DNA of 64,000 nt from an uncultured bacterium (GTDB lineage Bacteria > Verrucomicrobiota > Kiritimatiellia > RFP12 > CAIWXQ01), in contig CAIWXQ010000002.1 in assembly GCA_903916675.1 (NCBI GenBank), forward strand, positions 24,421 through 88,420, written 5' to 3'. The notes beneath the pieces are model-generated. The model saw nothing but the letters and a program-made list of their open reading frames with translations. It had not been told where the DNA came from and made no database searches. Position numbers and translations under genes: made by a program. Shown here piece after piece: positions 22,696 to 32,917 of this stretch; the stretch's first letter is position 1, and each line of letters begins with the position of its first letter.

Positions 22696-25600
22696 TCAGA
22701 TCGTGGGTCGCGCCGCCGGGGATTCCTGTCCGCCGAGCAGCTTCATGTCGAGGCCAAGGCCGCGCAGTTCGTGCATCAGCACGGAGAACGACTCCGGCAT
22801 CCCCGCCTCGAGCGTGTTCTGGCCCTTGACGATGGACTCGTAGATGCGGGTGCGTCCCGCGACATCGTCGCTCTTGACGGTGAGGAGTTCCTGCAGCGCG
22901 TAGGCCACGCCATAGGCCTCAAGAGCCCAGACTTCCATCTCGCCCATGCGCTGGCCGCCGTACTGGGCCTTGCCGCCCAGCGGCTGCTGGGTGACGAGTG
23001 AGTACGGGCCGGTGGCGCGGGCGTGGATCTTGTCCGTGACCAAGTGGTGGAGCTTGAGCATGTAGATCTCGCCCACAACCACGCGCTGGTCGAACGGTTC
23101 GCCGGTGCGGCCGTCGAAGAGCACGGACTTGCCGTCCTCGCACAGCCAGGCACGCTCGCCGATGGTTTTCTCCTGCATCTGGCGGGCGTCCTGCATGAGC
23201 TTGTCGATGGCCTCCTCGGGGACGCCGTCGAACACAGGGCTGGCAGCGTGCATGCCCAGCACGCGGCACGCCAGGCCGAGGCAGGTCTCGAAGAGCTGGC
23301 CAAGGTTCATGCGCGAAGGCACACCCAGCGGGTTGAGCACGATGTCGACCGGCGTGCCGTCCGGCAGGAACGGCATCTCGCAGTCCGACACGATCTTCGC
23401 CACCACGCCCTTGTTGCCGTGGCGGCCGGCGAGCTTGTCGCCGACGGAAAGGTTCTTCTTGCTGGCAATGTAGACGCGGACCTGCTTGATCACGCCGCCC
23501 TCGTCCATCATCCCATCGATCTCCTCGAACTCGTGACCGCTCTGGTTCTCCAGGTCAGCGAACTTCGGACGATACTCGTCGACGATTTCCTCGATCTTCT
23601 GCTGGACCGGGGAGCTCTCGATCTGGATATGGCTGTGTGCGCGGGCCAGCTTGGCCAGCAACATCTTGGTGATCTTGCGGTTGGCGGGGATGATAATCTC
23701 GCCGGTCTCGACGTCGAGCACGTCCAGCGGGATCTTCTCGCCAAGCAGGATGTTGCTGAGGGCTGTGGTGAGCTGCTCCTCGATCTCGAGGCGGCGGCGC
23801 TTGCGCTCCTCCTCAATGTCGCGGATCTGCTTTTTCTCCGCGGCGGTAGGCAACGGACCCTGCCCCGGCGCGCCACCCCGGCGCGGCTGATCCTGCTGCT
23901 GGGCGGTGACCTTGACATCCATGACGATGCCGTAGGTGCCGCTCGGCACGGTCAGCGACGTGTCGCGGACGTCGGCGGCTTTCTCGCCGAAGATCGCGCG
24001 CAGGAGGCGTTCCTCGGGGGCCAGTTCGGTCTCGCTCTTGGGCGTGATCTTGCCGACGAGGATGTCGCCAGGACGGACTTCCGCGCCAATGCGCACCACG
24101 CCGTCGGAGCCGAGGTTCTTGAGTGCCTCCTCGCCCACGTTGGGGATGTCGCGCGTGATCTCCTCGGGGCCAAGTTTGGTGTCGCGGGCGCCAACCTCAA
24201 ACTCCTGGATGTGCACGGAGGTGAAGATGTCGTCGCGCACCACGCGCTCGCTCACAAGGATCGCGTCTTCGAAGTTGTAGCCGCTCCACGGCATGAACGC
24301 CACGAGCAGGTTCTTGCCGATGGCCAGCTCGCCGTCGCGCGTCGCGGGGCCGTCGGCCAGCACGTCGCCGCGGCGGACCTTCTGGCCGCGCTTGACCACC
24401 GGCCGCTGGTTGAAGCAGGTGCCGGCATTGGAGCGGCGGAACTTCTGCAGCGGATAGCGGCGGACGTCCTTAGACTTCTTGGCGCGGTTGGCGGGGAGCG
24501 AGCCGTCATCGGTGACGACAATCTCGGTGGCGGAGACGTAGGCCACGATGCCCGGCTCCTCGGCCAGCACAGTGACGCACGAGTCAGCGGCCGCGCGGCG
24601 CTCGAGGCCGGTGGCGACATACGGCCGCTCGGTGCGGAGCAGCGGCACGGCCTGACGCATCATGTTGGCGCCCATGAGCGCGCGATTGGCGTCGTCGTGC
24701 TCGAGGAACGGGATCAGCCCGGCCGCGATGCTCACGACCTGGGTCGGGGCCACGTCCATGTACTGGACCTTGGCCGGCTCGACCTCGAGGAATTCGGCCA
24801 TGTAGCGAACCGTGACCTTTTCGCCGGCAAAGCGGCCGTCGCTGCCGAGTGGCGCGTTGGCCTGGGCAATGACGAACTTCTCCTCCTGGTCGGCGGAGAG
24901 GTAGTGCACCTCGTCGGTGACCTTGCCGTGGCGCACGACCCGGTACGGGCTCTCGATGAACCCGAAATCGTTCACGCGGGCGTAGATGCAGAGCGACGAG
25001 ATCAGGCCGATGTTCGGGCCTTCCGGCGTCTCGATCGGACAGATGCGGCCATAGTGCGAGCTGTGCACGTCGCGGACCTCAAAGCCCGCACGTTCGCGGC
25101 TGAGACCCCCGGGGCCGAGGGCCGAAAGGCGGCGCTTGTGGGCCAGGCCGGAGAGCGGGTTGGTCTGGTCCATGAACTGACTGAGCTGGCTGCGGCCGAA
25201 GAAGTCCTGGACCACGGCCGAGAGCGACTTGCTGTTGACCAGCCGGGCGGGCGAGAGCACGCCGGTAGCCGGGTCGAAGAGCGTCATGCGCTCGCGAATC
25301 AGGCGCTCGGTGCGGGCCAGGCCGACGCGGCACTGGTTTTCGAGCAACTCGCCGGCGGTGCGGATGCGGCGGGAGCCGAGATGGTCGATGTCGTCCACCA
25401 CAGCGCGCCCCATGCGAATATCAAGCAGGTGCCGGATGGCCTCGATGACCTCGACACCGGTAACCTCGCTCTTCTTGTTGTCTTCCTCGGCTTCGGTGAG
25501 GGTACGGCGATCCTCCGGCACGCGACCGGAGAGACCCAGCTTCTGGTTGATCTTGTGGCGGCCGACGCGGCCCAGATCATAGCGGCGCGGATCGAAGAAG

Positions 25601-26568
25601 AGCCGCTTGATGAGCTGTTTGGCGTTGGAGGCGGTGGCGGGGTCGCCGGGGCGCAGGCGGTGGTAGAGCTCCTTGAGCGCCTCCTCCTCGCCATGCGTCG
25701 GATCCTGGCGCAGGGTCTTGACAAGGATGCCATCGTCCCACGAGACATCCACCACGTCCACCTTGCCGAAACTGGCAGCCGCCATCTGCTGCAGCACGGC
25801 CTCCGTGACCGGCTCATAGCGGCGGGCCAGCACGGCCTGGGAGTCGACGTCGATCACGTCGTCTTTGAAAATCAGGTGCTCCAGGTCGGCGTCGGCATGC
25901 GGTCCCTTGACATCGAGCGCACGGAACTTGCAGTAGTGGCGCAGGATGCTCTCGTCCGCGCCGAACCCGAGGGTTCGCAGGAACATGGTCGAATGAAACT
26001 TGCGGCGCCGGCGCCGGCGGTCCATGTAGACCCACATGATGTCGTTGGTGTCGAACTGGATCTCGATCCACGAGCCGCGGTCAGGAATCAGTCGCACCGA
26101 GTAGAGCGACTGCCCGTTGGGGTGGATCGTGCGCTCGGAGCAGATGCCCGGCGAACGGTGGAGCTGGCTGACAATCACGCGCTCGGCGCCGTTGACGACA
26201 AAGGCGCCGTCACGGGTCATGAGCGGAACCTCGCCCATGTAGACGTCCTCCTCGCGGATTTCGTCGCCGTCCTTCAGCCGGAACGTCGCGTGCAGCGGCG
26301 CGGCGAAGGTGTCGCCCTCGGCCAGAGCCTCCAGTGCCCCCATCTTGGGCTCGGAGAGCTCGTACTTGACGAAGTCGAGGGTATAGCGGCCGTCGTAGCT
26401 CTCGATCGGAAAGACTTCCCGAAAGATCGCCTGCAGGCCCTTGTTCTCGCGCCGGCCCGGCGGCACATCAAGCTGCAGGAAGTCCGCATAGGACTTCGTC
26501 TGGATCTCAATCAGATCGGGCGGCTGGACGACGGCCTTCAGCTTGCCGAAATCTTTACGTTCTACCAT
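22696..26568 (-). CDS. rpoB: DNA-directed RNA polymerase subunit beta
   Basis: 1290 aa with conserved blocks (RLSALGPGGL, GRHGNKGVV, LVTQQPLGGKAQYGGQRMGEMEVWALEAYG). Confidence 0.98.
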   Translation of the reverse strand: MVERKDFGKLKAVVQPPDLIEIQTKSYADFLQLDVPPGRRENKGLQAIFREVFPIESYDGRYTLDFVKYELSEPKMGALEALAEGDTFAAPLHATFRLKDGDEIREEDVYMGEVPLMTRDGAFVVNGAERVIVSQLHRSPGICSERTIHPNGQSLYSVRLIPDRGSWIEIQFDTNDIMWVYMDRRRRRRKFHSTMFLRTLGFGADESILRHYCKFRALDVKGPHADADLEHLIFKDDVIDVDSQAVLARRYEPVTEAVLQQMAAASFGKVDVVDVSWDDGILVKTLRQDPTHGEEEALKELYHRLRPGDPATASNAKQLIKRLFFDPRRYDLGRVGRHKINQKLGLSGRVPEDRRTLTEAEEDNKKSEVTGVEVIEAIRHLLDIRMGRAVVDDIDHLGSRRIRTAGELLENQCRVGLARTERLIRERMTLFDPATGVLSPARLVNSKSLSAVVQDFFGRSQLSQFMDQTNPLSGLAHKRRLSALGPGGLSRERAGFEVRDVHSSHYGRICPIETPEGPNIGLISSLCIYARVNDFGFIESPYRVVRHGKVTDEVHYLSADQEEKFVIAQANAPLGSDGRFAGEKVTVRYMAEFLEVEPAKVQYMDVAPTQVVSIAAGLIPFLEHDDANRALMGANMMRQAVPLLRTERPYVATGLERRAAADSCVTVLAEEPGIVAYVSATEIVVTDDGSLPANRAKKSKDVRRYPLQKFRRSNAGTCFNQRPVVKRGQKVRRGDVLADGPATRDGELAIGKNLLVAFMPWSGYNFEDAILVSERVVRDDIFTSVHIQEFEVGARDTKLGPEEITRDIPNVGEEALKNLGSDGVVRIGAEVRPGDILVGKITPKSETELAPEERLLRAIFGEKAADVRDTSLTVPSGTYGIVMDVKVTAQQQDQPRRGGAPGQGPLPTAAEKKQIRDIEEERKRRRLEIEEQLTTALSNILLGEKIPLDVLDVETGEIIIPANRKITKMLLAKLARAHSHIQIESSPVQQKIEEIVDEYRPKFADLENQSGHEFEEIDGMMDEGGVIKQVRVYIASKKNLSVGDKLAGRHGNKGVVAKIVSDCEMPFLPDGTPVDIVLNPLGVPSRMNLGQLFETCLGLACRVLGMHAASPVFDGVPEEAIDKLMQDARQMQEKTIGERAWLCEDGKSVLFDGRTGEPFDQRVVVGEIYMLKLHHLVTDKIHARATGPYSLVTQQPLGGKAQYGGQRMGEMEVWALEAYGVAYALQELLTVKSDDVAGRTRIYESIVKGQNTLEAGMPESFSVLMHELRGLGLDMKLLGGQESPAARPTI

Positions 26569-26610
26569 CGGCTAACCTCGCTACCACGGCGTTGTCGACA
26601 CGGATCCGGT

Positions 26611-26678
26611 TGAAAGGGGGAAGGGACCGCCCGGTTGGAATCGGGCGGCCCCGCGCAACAGAACGCGAACGGGTCGCG
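26611..26678 (-). terminator. Candidate rplL-rpoB intergenic attenuator (two hairpins)
   Basis: Stem cgcga/tcgcg (26664-26678) directly after the rplL stop. Stem ccgcccg/cgggcgg (26627-26648) is followed on the minus strand by the pyrimidine-rich tcccttccccctttc. A partial terminator here is classical for this operon. Confidence 0.45.
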
Positions 26679-27080
26679 TTACTTCACTTCCACTTTAGCG
26701 CCAGCCTTCTCGAGCTGCTCTTTCATCTTGGCAGCTTCTTCCTTGCTGACACCCGTCTTCACCGGCTTCGGGGCGCCCTCGACCAAGTCCTTGGCGTCCT
26801 TGAGGCCCAGACCCGTGATGGTGCGCACTTCCTTGATGACCGCGATCTTGTTCGCGCCGCATTCGATCAGCACGACGTCGAACTCGGTCTTCTCCTCGGC
26901 CGGGGCTGCCGCTGCTGCGGCCGCCGGAGCCGCCGCCGCCATGGGCGCTGCCGCGGTCACACCTAGGCGCTGCTCCAAAGCCTTGACCAGCTTCGAGAGT
27001 TCCAACACGGTCAGCGTCTCGACCCAGTCGATGAATTCCTTCATCTTGCCGCTGACTTCCACTTTGGCTTCTTCGCTCAT
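26679..27080 (-). CDS. rplL: 50S ribosomal protein L7/L12
   Basis: 133 aa. Ala-rich hinge [12 protein letters not shown] and C-terminal [23 protein letters not shown]. Confidence 0.95.
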   Translation of the reverse strand: MSEEAKVEVSGKMKEFIDWVETLTVLELSKLVKALEQRLGVTAAAPMAAAAPAAAAAAAPAEEKTEFDVVLIECGANKIAVIKEVRTITGLGLKDAKDLVEGAPKPVKTGVSKEEAAKMKEQLEKAGAKVEVK

Positions 27081-27113
27081 GTTCCTTCTCCTCTTTACTC
27101 CAAGCTAGGCTTT

Positions 27114-27635
27114 TCAGGCCGCTTTGCTCTTCTTTTCCTCAACCGCTTTCAGAACATACAGCAGGCTCAGCACCTTCTGGTTGAACACGCCAACCAGCTG
27201 CATCATCGGTGCGGCCAGGGTGCCGACGAACAGGCCGAGCATCACAGCGCGCGGCGGCAACGTGGACAACGCATCGACGTCGGCTTTGCCGAGAGCCTTG
27301 CCGTCGAGGCAAACGCCCTTAATCGCGGACTTCCCATGCGCTTTGACAAACAGCGTCAGAGCCTTGGCAACCTCGCAGGCATCCCCCTTGCCGACCACCA
27401 CCGCCGTCGGACCCACCAGGAACGGGGCGACGCTCTCCCAGCCAAGCTGCTGCGCCACCTTGTCCAGATAGGTGTTCTTGACCACCTGGACCTTGGCGTT
27501 GAGCGGCGCGACCACGCGACGCAGCGCGGTCAGTTCAGACACCTTCAAGCCGCCGTAGTTGAGCACGAACACGTAGTCCGCGGACTCCAGGCGCTTGGTG
27601 ATTTCCTGCAAAATCGCATTCTTTTCCGGTCTCAT
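27114..27635 (-). CDS. rplJ: 50S ribosomal protein L10
   Basis: 173 aa in the position between rplA and rplL, with an L10-like pattern. Confidence 0.93.
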   Translation of the reverse strand: MRPEKNAILQEITKRLESADYVFVLNYGGLKVSELTALRRVVAPLNAKVQVVKNTYLDKVAQQLGWESVAPFLVGPTAVVVGKGDACEVAKALTLFVKAHGKSAIKGVCLDGKALGKADVDALSTLPPRAVMLGLFVGTLAAPMMQLVGVFNQKVLSLLYVLKAVEEKKSKAA

Positions 27636-27651
27636 CGATTCCTTCTCCCGG

Positions 27652-28344
27652 CTATTCCTGCTCCGCTGTCAGCGCCACGCGCACACCGACACCCATGGTG
27701 GAACTCACGGTGCTACTGCGAATAAACGCGCCCTTGGTGCCAGCCGGTTTCTCCGCCCGGATGGCCTCGACCACCGCATGGATGTTCCCGAGCAGGTGCG
27801 CCGGTTCAAAGCTGCGCTTGCCGCAGACCACGCTCACGTTGCCGTTGCGGTCCATGCGAAATTCTACCTTGCCGCCCTTAGCCGCAGTCACCGCGGGGCC
27901 GATGTCATCGGTCACGGTGCCTGTCTTTGGGTTCGGCATGAGGCCGCGGGGGCCGAGCACGCGACCCAGCTTGCGAACCTCCTTCATGGCGTCGGTGGTC
28001 GCAACCGCCACGTCAAAGTTTGTCCAGCCGCCCTTGACCTTTTCGATCAGGTCGTCGAACCCGACCTCGTCGGCGCCGGCGGCCTTGGCTGCGTCGGCCT
28101 GCGCACCCGATGCGAACGCGATCACGCGCACTGTCTTGCCGGTGCCGTGTGGCAGGCTCACCGTGCCACGCACGGTCTGGTCAGACTTCTTGGTGTCCAC
28201 GCCCAGACGCAGCGCAAGCTCGATGGTCTCATCGAACTTCGCTCCCGCGTGGGCCTTGATGAACGTTACCGCCTCCTCGAGGCTGACCGGAGCCTGAGGC
28301 GCCTTCTTCTTAATCTCGAGATACTTTTTGCCGTGTCTTGCCAT
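27652..28344 (-). CDS. rplA: 50S ribosomal protein L1
   Basis: 230 aa. MARHGKKYLE...FDETIELALRLGVD...GTVSLPHGTGK. Confidence 0.95.
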   Translation of the reverse strand: MARHGKKYLEIKKKAPQAPVSLEEAVTFIKAHAGAKFDETIELALRLGVDTKKSDQTVRGTVSLPHGTGKTVRVIAFASGAQADAAKAAGADEVGFDDLIEKVKGGWTNFDVAVATTDAMKEVRKLGRVLGPRGLMPNPKTGTVTDDIGPAVTAAKGGKVEFRMDRNGNVSVVCGKRSFEPAHLLGNIHAVVEAIRAEKPAGTKGAFIRSSTVSSTMGVGVRVALTAEQE

Positions 28345-28360
28345 GGTTCGAATCCCCCGC

Positions 28361-28786
28361 CTACTCCGTCACATCCACGCCCATGCTACGGGCCGTGCCC
28401 TCGACCATGCGCATCGCAGCCTCCTCGGAGGAGGCGTTGAGGTCCTGCTGCTTCGCCTTCGCGATTTCGCGGACCTGCGCGCGGGTCACCTTGCCAACCT
28501 TCTCGCGGTTCGGCACGCCAGAGCCCTTGGCCAAGCCGGCGGCGCGCTTCAGCAGCGCCGAGGCAGGAGGACTCTTCATGATGAATGTGAAGCTCCGGTC
28601 TGCGAAGACCGTGATCACCACGGGGATCACCAAGCCCGCCTTGTCCTGCGTCTTGGCATTAAAATCCTTGCAAAATGCCATGATGTTGACACCCTGCGAG
28701 CCCAGTGCGGGGCCCACCGGCGGGGCCGGGTTGGCCTGGCCAGCAGGGATCTGCAAGCGCACCGTTCCAATGACTTTCTTTGCCAT
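28361..28786 (-). CDS. rplK: 50S ribosomal protein L11
   Basis: Start at [29 protein letters not shown] (28786). The ORF in the track runs on upstream. Confidence 0.95.
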   Translation of the reverse strand: MAKKVIGTVRLQIPAGQANPAPPVGPALGSQGVNIMAFCKDFNAKTQDKAGLVIPVVITVFADRSFTFIMKSPPASALLKRAAGLAKGSGVPNREKVGKVTRAQVREIAKAKQQDLNASSEEAAMRMVEGTARSMGVDVTE

Positions 28787-28859
28787 ATTTTCGCCTCGTC
28801 GTTCGGAGCCCTCCCGGTTCCCAACCGGTGCGAGCGGACCCGCGGTTGACAGTCCTGTG

Positions 28860-29414
28860 CTACGTGGTGACGCGCTCGACCTGCCAGTACTCCAGCTCGA
28901 CCGGCGCCGAGCGGCCAAAAATAGCCACCGACACCTTGAGCTTGCCCCGGTCCGGGTCGACCTCGTCCACCGCGCCGGTGAAGTTCATGAACGGACCGTC
29001 CGTGATCTTCACCATCTCGCCCGGCTCGAACGCGACCTTCGGCCGGACCTTCTCCTTCTTCGCCTCTACCTGGTTGACGATCGCGTCAACCTCCGCGGCC
29101 GCCAGCGGCATCGGCCGCGCGCCACCCACAAATCCAATCACACCGGGCGTCTCCCGCAGAAAGCGCCAAGTCGGTTCCACCAGCTGACGTCCCTCATCGT
29201 ACAGAGCCAACTGGATCAGCACGTAGCCAGGGAAGAACTTGCGCGTCACGGTGCTCTTGACGCCGTTCTTCGTCTCGGAGACCTTCTCGGTGGGGATGAT
29301 GATCTCCCCGATGTACTCCGTCATGGCTTGCAGCCGGCCCTGCGCCTCGACATAGCGCTTGACCTTCTGCTCCTGCCCCGTCAACGTGTGCAACACAAAC
29401 CACTGTTTTGTCAT
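28860..29414 (-). CDS. nusG: Transcription termination/antitermination factor NusG
   Basis: Start at [18 protein letters not shown] (29414). KOW motif near the C-terminus ([18 protein letters not shown]). Confidence 0.92.
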   Translation of the reverse strand: MTKQWFVLHTLTGQEQKVKRYVEAQGRLQAMTEYIGEIIIPTEKVSETKNGVKSTVTRKFFPGYVLIQLALYDEGRQLVEPTWRFLRETPGVIGFVGGARPMPLAAAEVDAIVNQVEAKKEKVRPKVAFEPGEMVKITDGPFMNFTGAVDEVDPDRGKLKVSVAIFGRSAPVELEYWQVERVTT

Positions 29415-29448
29415 CGATTCCGCCCCCGCCCGCACTCCCGGGCCTGCG

Positions 29449-29649
29449 TCAGGCCAGCCGCTTCAAGACCAACTGGATCACCTGGTCGCACACCAACACT
29501 ACGGCGGACAGCAGCACGATGAAGGAACCGACCACCAAGGTCGAATCCATCAACTCGCGGCGCTCCGGCCAGGTCGTCTTGCGCAACTCAATGCCGACCT
29601 CGTCGATAAACGCGCCGATTCGCCGGCCAATCTCTTTCACACTGTTCAT
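29449..29649 (-). CDS. secE: Preprotein translocase subunit SecE
   Basis: About 66 aa. IDEVGIELRKTTWPERRELMDSTLVV followed by a single TM helix. Conserved position before nusG. Confidence 0.8.
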   Translation of the reverse strand: MNSVKEIGRRIGAFIDEVGIELRKTTWPERRELMDSTLVVGSFIVLLSAVVLVCDQVIQLVLKRLA

Positions 29650-29686
29650 GGGTTGATGCAACCTTTTCGCCCGCGCCTCGGTCGGT

Positions 29687-29762
29687 TGGCAGGCCAGGAG
29701 GGTCTCGAACCCCCAACCTGCGGTTTTGGAGACCGCCGCTCTGCCAATTGAGCTACTGGCCT
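29687..29762 (-). tRNA. trnW: tRNA-Trp (anticodon CCA), CCA end encoded
   Basis: Reverse complement AGGCCAGTAGCTCAATTGGCAGAGCGGCGGTCTCCAAAACCGCAGGTTGGGGGTTCGAGACCCTCCTGGCCTGCCA. 7-bp acceptor stem, T-loop GGTTCGAGA, anticodon loop CT-CCA-AA. Confidence 0.9.
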
Positions 29763-29796
29763 GCAGACGGGGACCGTCCGCGCGCCACCGGCCGGA

Positions 29797-29949
29797 CTAT
29801 TTGGTCTCCCGGTGCAGCGTGCGTTTGCGTTCGGCCGGACAATACTTCTTGATCTCCAGCCGGTTGGTCGTCGTCCGCTTGTTGCGGGTTGTGACGTAGT
29901 TGCGTCGCTTGCAATCGGTGCAAGCGAGGATCGCAAGTTCTCTAGCCAT
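29797..29949 (-). CDS. rpmG: 50S ribosomal protein L33
   Basis: 50-aa ORF, too short for the supplied track: [50 protein letters not shown]. It has the CxxC...C zinc-ribbon type L33 pattern. Confidence 0.85.
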   Translation of the reverse strand: MARELAILACTDCKRRNYVTTRNKRTTTNRLEIKKYCPAERKRTLHRETK

Positions 29950-30031
29950 AAAATCGATTCCTCCCTGCGGTCAACGGCGCGGGACAGCGGTCGCCCGCCG
30001 CCCCCCCGCGCCTCCCGTCTTCGGAAAGCTG

Positions 30032-31240
<1,209 letters not shown>

Positions 31241-31303
31241 GGTGAACTTCCTTCCGTTGCGTACCCTGTCCTGTTTCCCGTTGCCAGTCGTATCGCGGCG
31301 ACC

Positions 31304-31379
31304 TGGAGCCCATGAGCGGGATCGAACCGCTGACCTCGTCCTTACCAAGGACGTGCTCTGCCAACTGAGCTACATGGGC
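31304..31379 (-). tRNA. trnT: tRNA-Thr (anticodon GGT), CCA end encoded
   Basis: Reverse complement GCCCATGTAGCTCAGTTGGCAGAGCACGTCCTTGGTAAGGACGAGGTCAGCGGTTCGATCCCGCTCATGGGCTCCA. Cloverleaf-consistent. Confidence 0.9.
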
Positions 31380-31636
31380 TTTTACCCCCGGCCCAGCAGA
31401 GGGGCAAAATGCCCCTTACCCGCTCCGTTCACGGCACCCTGCGGTTCGTGTTTCTTCTCCGCCGGATGCCCTGAACGGACCGTATTCTCGGGCAGCGTCG
31501 CTCGCCGTCTTTTTGCGCCATTTCCGCTTCACGCCAGCATGGACCGGCTGAAACGAAGCCCCGTAACTGTAGCAGGACACCGACCCCCCGTCAACGGGGT
31601 GGTTGAAAAAAATATGGCCCGGACTGATTTGCCCGA

Positions 31637-32695
31637 TCAGTGCAGCACGCAGTCGATCATATGCGGGCTGGACATGGTGAGAATCTCGGCCCGCGGCACG
31701 ATCACCCCCAGGAGCTTCACTTGCGTGCTCACGATTTTCTTCTGCTGCTTGTCCGAAAGGGCCTGCTTCAGCCTGCACCGCAGGTTTCCCTCCAGCACGA
31801 GAATTGTGTCCTTTTGCACGGATATGACCTGCAGCACCTTGGCAGAGACAATCACCGTCTTACCGCCGACCAAGGGATCTGTCCGGATCGCGTTAAGAAT
31901 CTGATACACATTCATTTCCGGGGTCGGTGCGCCGCCGGCTGCAGGGTCTCCGCGCACCTTCCCCCCCTGCTGGACAGGTGCACTCTTCGGCGGTTCGGTA
32001 CGATCCAACTCCGCCTGCAGCACCGCCAGGCTCATGTCGCCGTCATGCAACATCTCCTGAAACACCCGGGACGACTTCCATTTGACCGCCTGCTTACCGG
32101 AGCCGCCGCATGCGGCGCAGGGCTGTGCCGCATCGGTCTTGTCATGCCCGCTCCCGGCGCACGTCGCGCAAGTAGTCACCAGCGAGGCAAACGATGCCAG
32201 GCAGAAATACTGCGGATCACGTCCGCGAACCGCCTGCAGCGCCGTCCCAGCCCGCTTGACGTCGCCCGCAGCCAGGCAGCCTGCGCAATAGATGGATACG
32301 TAATGGCAGAACGCGCCCGCATTCGCCTGCCCGACCGCCGCCTTGCCCAGTTCGCTCAGCAGAACCGCATCGTTCGGCGTCTGCCGGAGGCGGGCACAGA
32401 TCTCATGCGTGCGGTGGATGGCCACAACGTCCGTGTTTGTGGATGCCTGCGCAAGCTGCTCTGCCGACAGCCCCAGATCCGCCGCGGTCGCGCACCGATA
32501 GCCGCCATCCGTCGTGCGCACCACCAGAATGTCGCCATCCCGGCCGATGACCGTCACGGCCGGTGTCTCAGCCGCCGCCAGCGCGGGCAGGGGTGTCGGA
32601 GCTGGAGCCGTCTGGGCTGGTGCCTGCGCTGCCAGCAAACAAGCTGCCACAGCCAGCCACGCCGCCCGTCGCTTCGCCGGTATGTCCATTCTCAT
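31637..32695 (-). CDS. Secreted hypothetical protein with a DnaJ-type CXXCXGXG zinc-finger pair
   Basis: 352 aa. Signal peptide (AAWLAVAACLLAAQAPAQT) and CATCAGSGH...CAACGGSGK. No other recognisable domain. Confidence 0.6.
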   Translation of the reverse strand: MRMDIPAKRRAAWLAVAACLLAAQAPAQTAPAPTPLPALAAAETPAVTVIGRDGDILVVRTTDGGYRCATAADLGLSAEQLAQASTNTDVVAIHRTHEICARLRQTPNDAVLLSELGKAAVGQANAGAFCHYVSIYCAGCLAAGDVKRAGTALQAVRGRDPQYFCLASFASLVTTCATCAGSGHDKTDAAQPCAACGGSGKQAVKWKSSRVFQEMLHDGDMSLAVLQAELDRTEPPKSAPVQQGGKVRGDPAAGGAPTPEMNVYQILNAIRTDPLVGGKTVIVSAKVLQVISVQKDTILVLEGNLRCRLKQALSDKQQKKIVSTQVKLLGVIVPRAEILTMSSPHMIDCVLH

Positions 32696-32873
32696 CCGGA
32701 ACCCCGCTTTGTGGAAGGCCGGCGCGCGCCAAATGCCAGACCCTGCACCGACCCGATCCGCGAAAGGGGGTAAACCTACCCCTTTCCTTGCGCCACATTC
32801 AATCCTTTTCTAATCAACGTCGGCACCGGAATTCCGGCTTGACCCCGTCCACCGGACTGGCATGCTAAGAAAC

Positions 32874-32901
32874 CGTGCGGACCGCGTGTCCGGTCCGCAC
32901 G
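32874..32901 (+). promoter_or_regulatory. Perfect 11-bp inverted repeat (cgtgcggaccg-cgtgtc-cggtccgcacg) 17 nt upstream of the permease ATG
   Basis: Read directly from the sequence and followed by a gagagg SD. It could be a 5'-UTR hairpin or a protein operator. Confidence 0.35.
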
Positions 32902-32917
32902 CAGAGAGGTCACAGGC

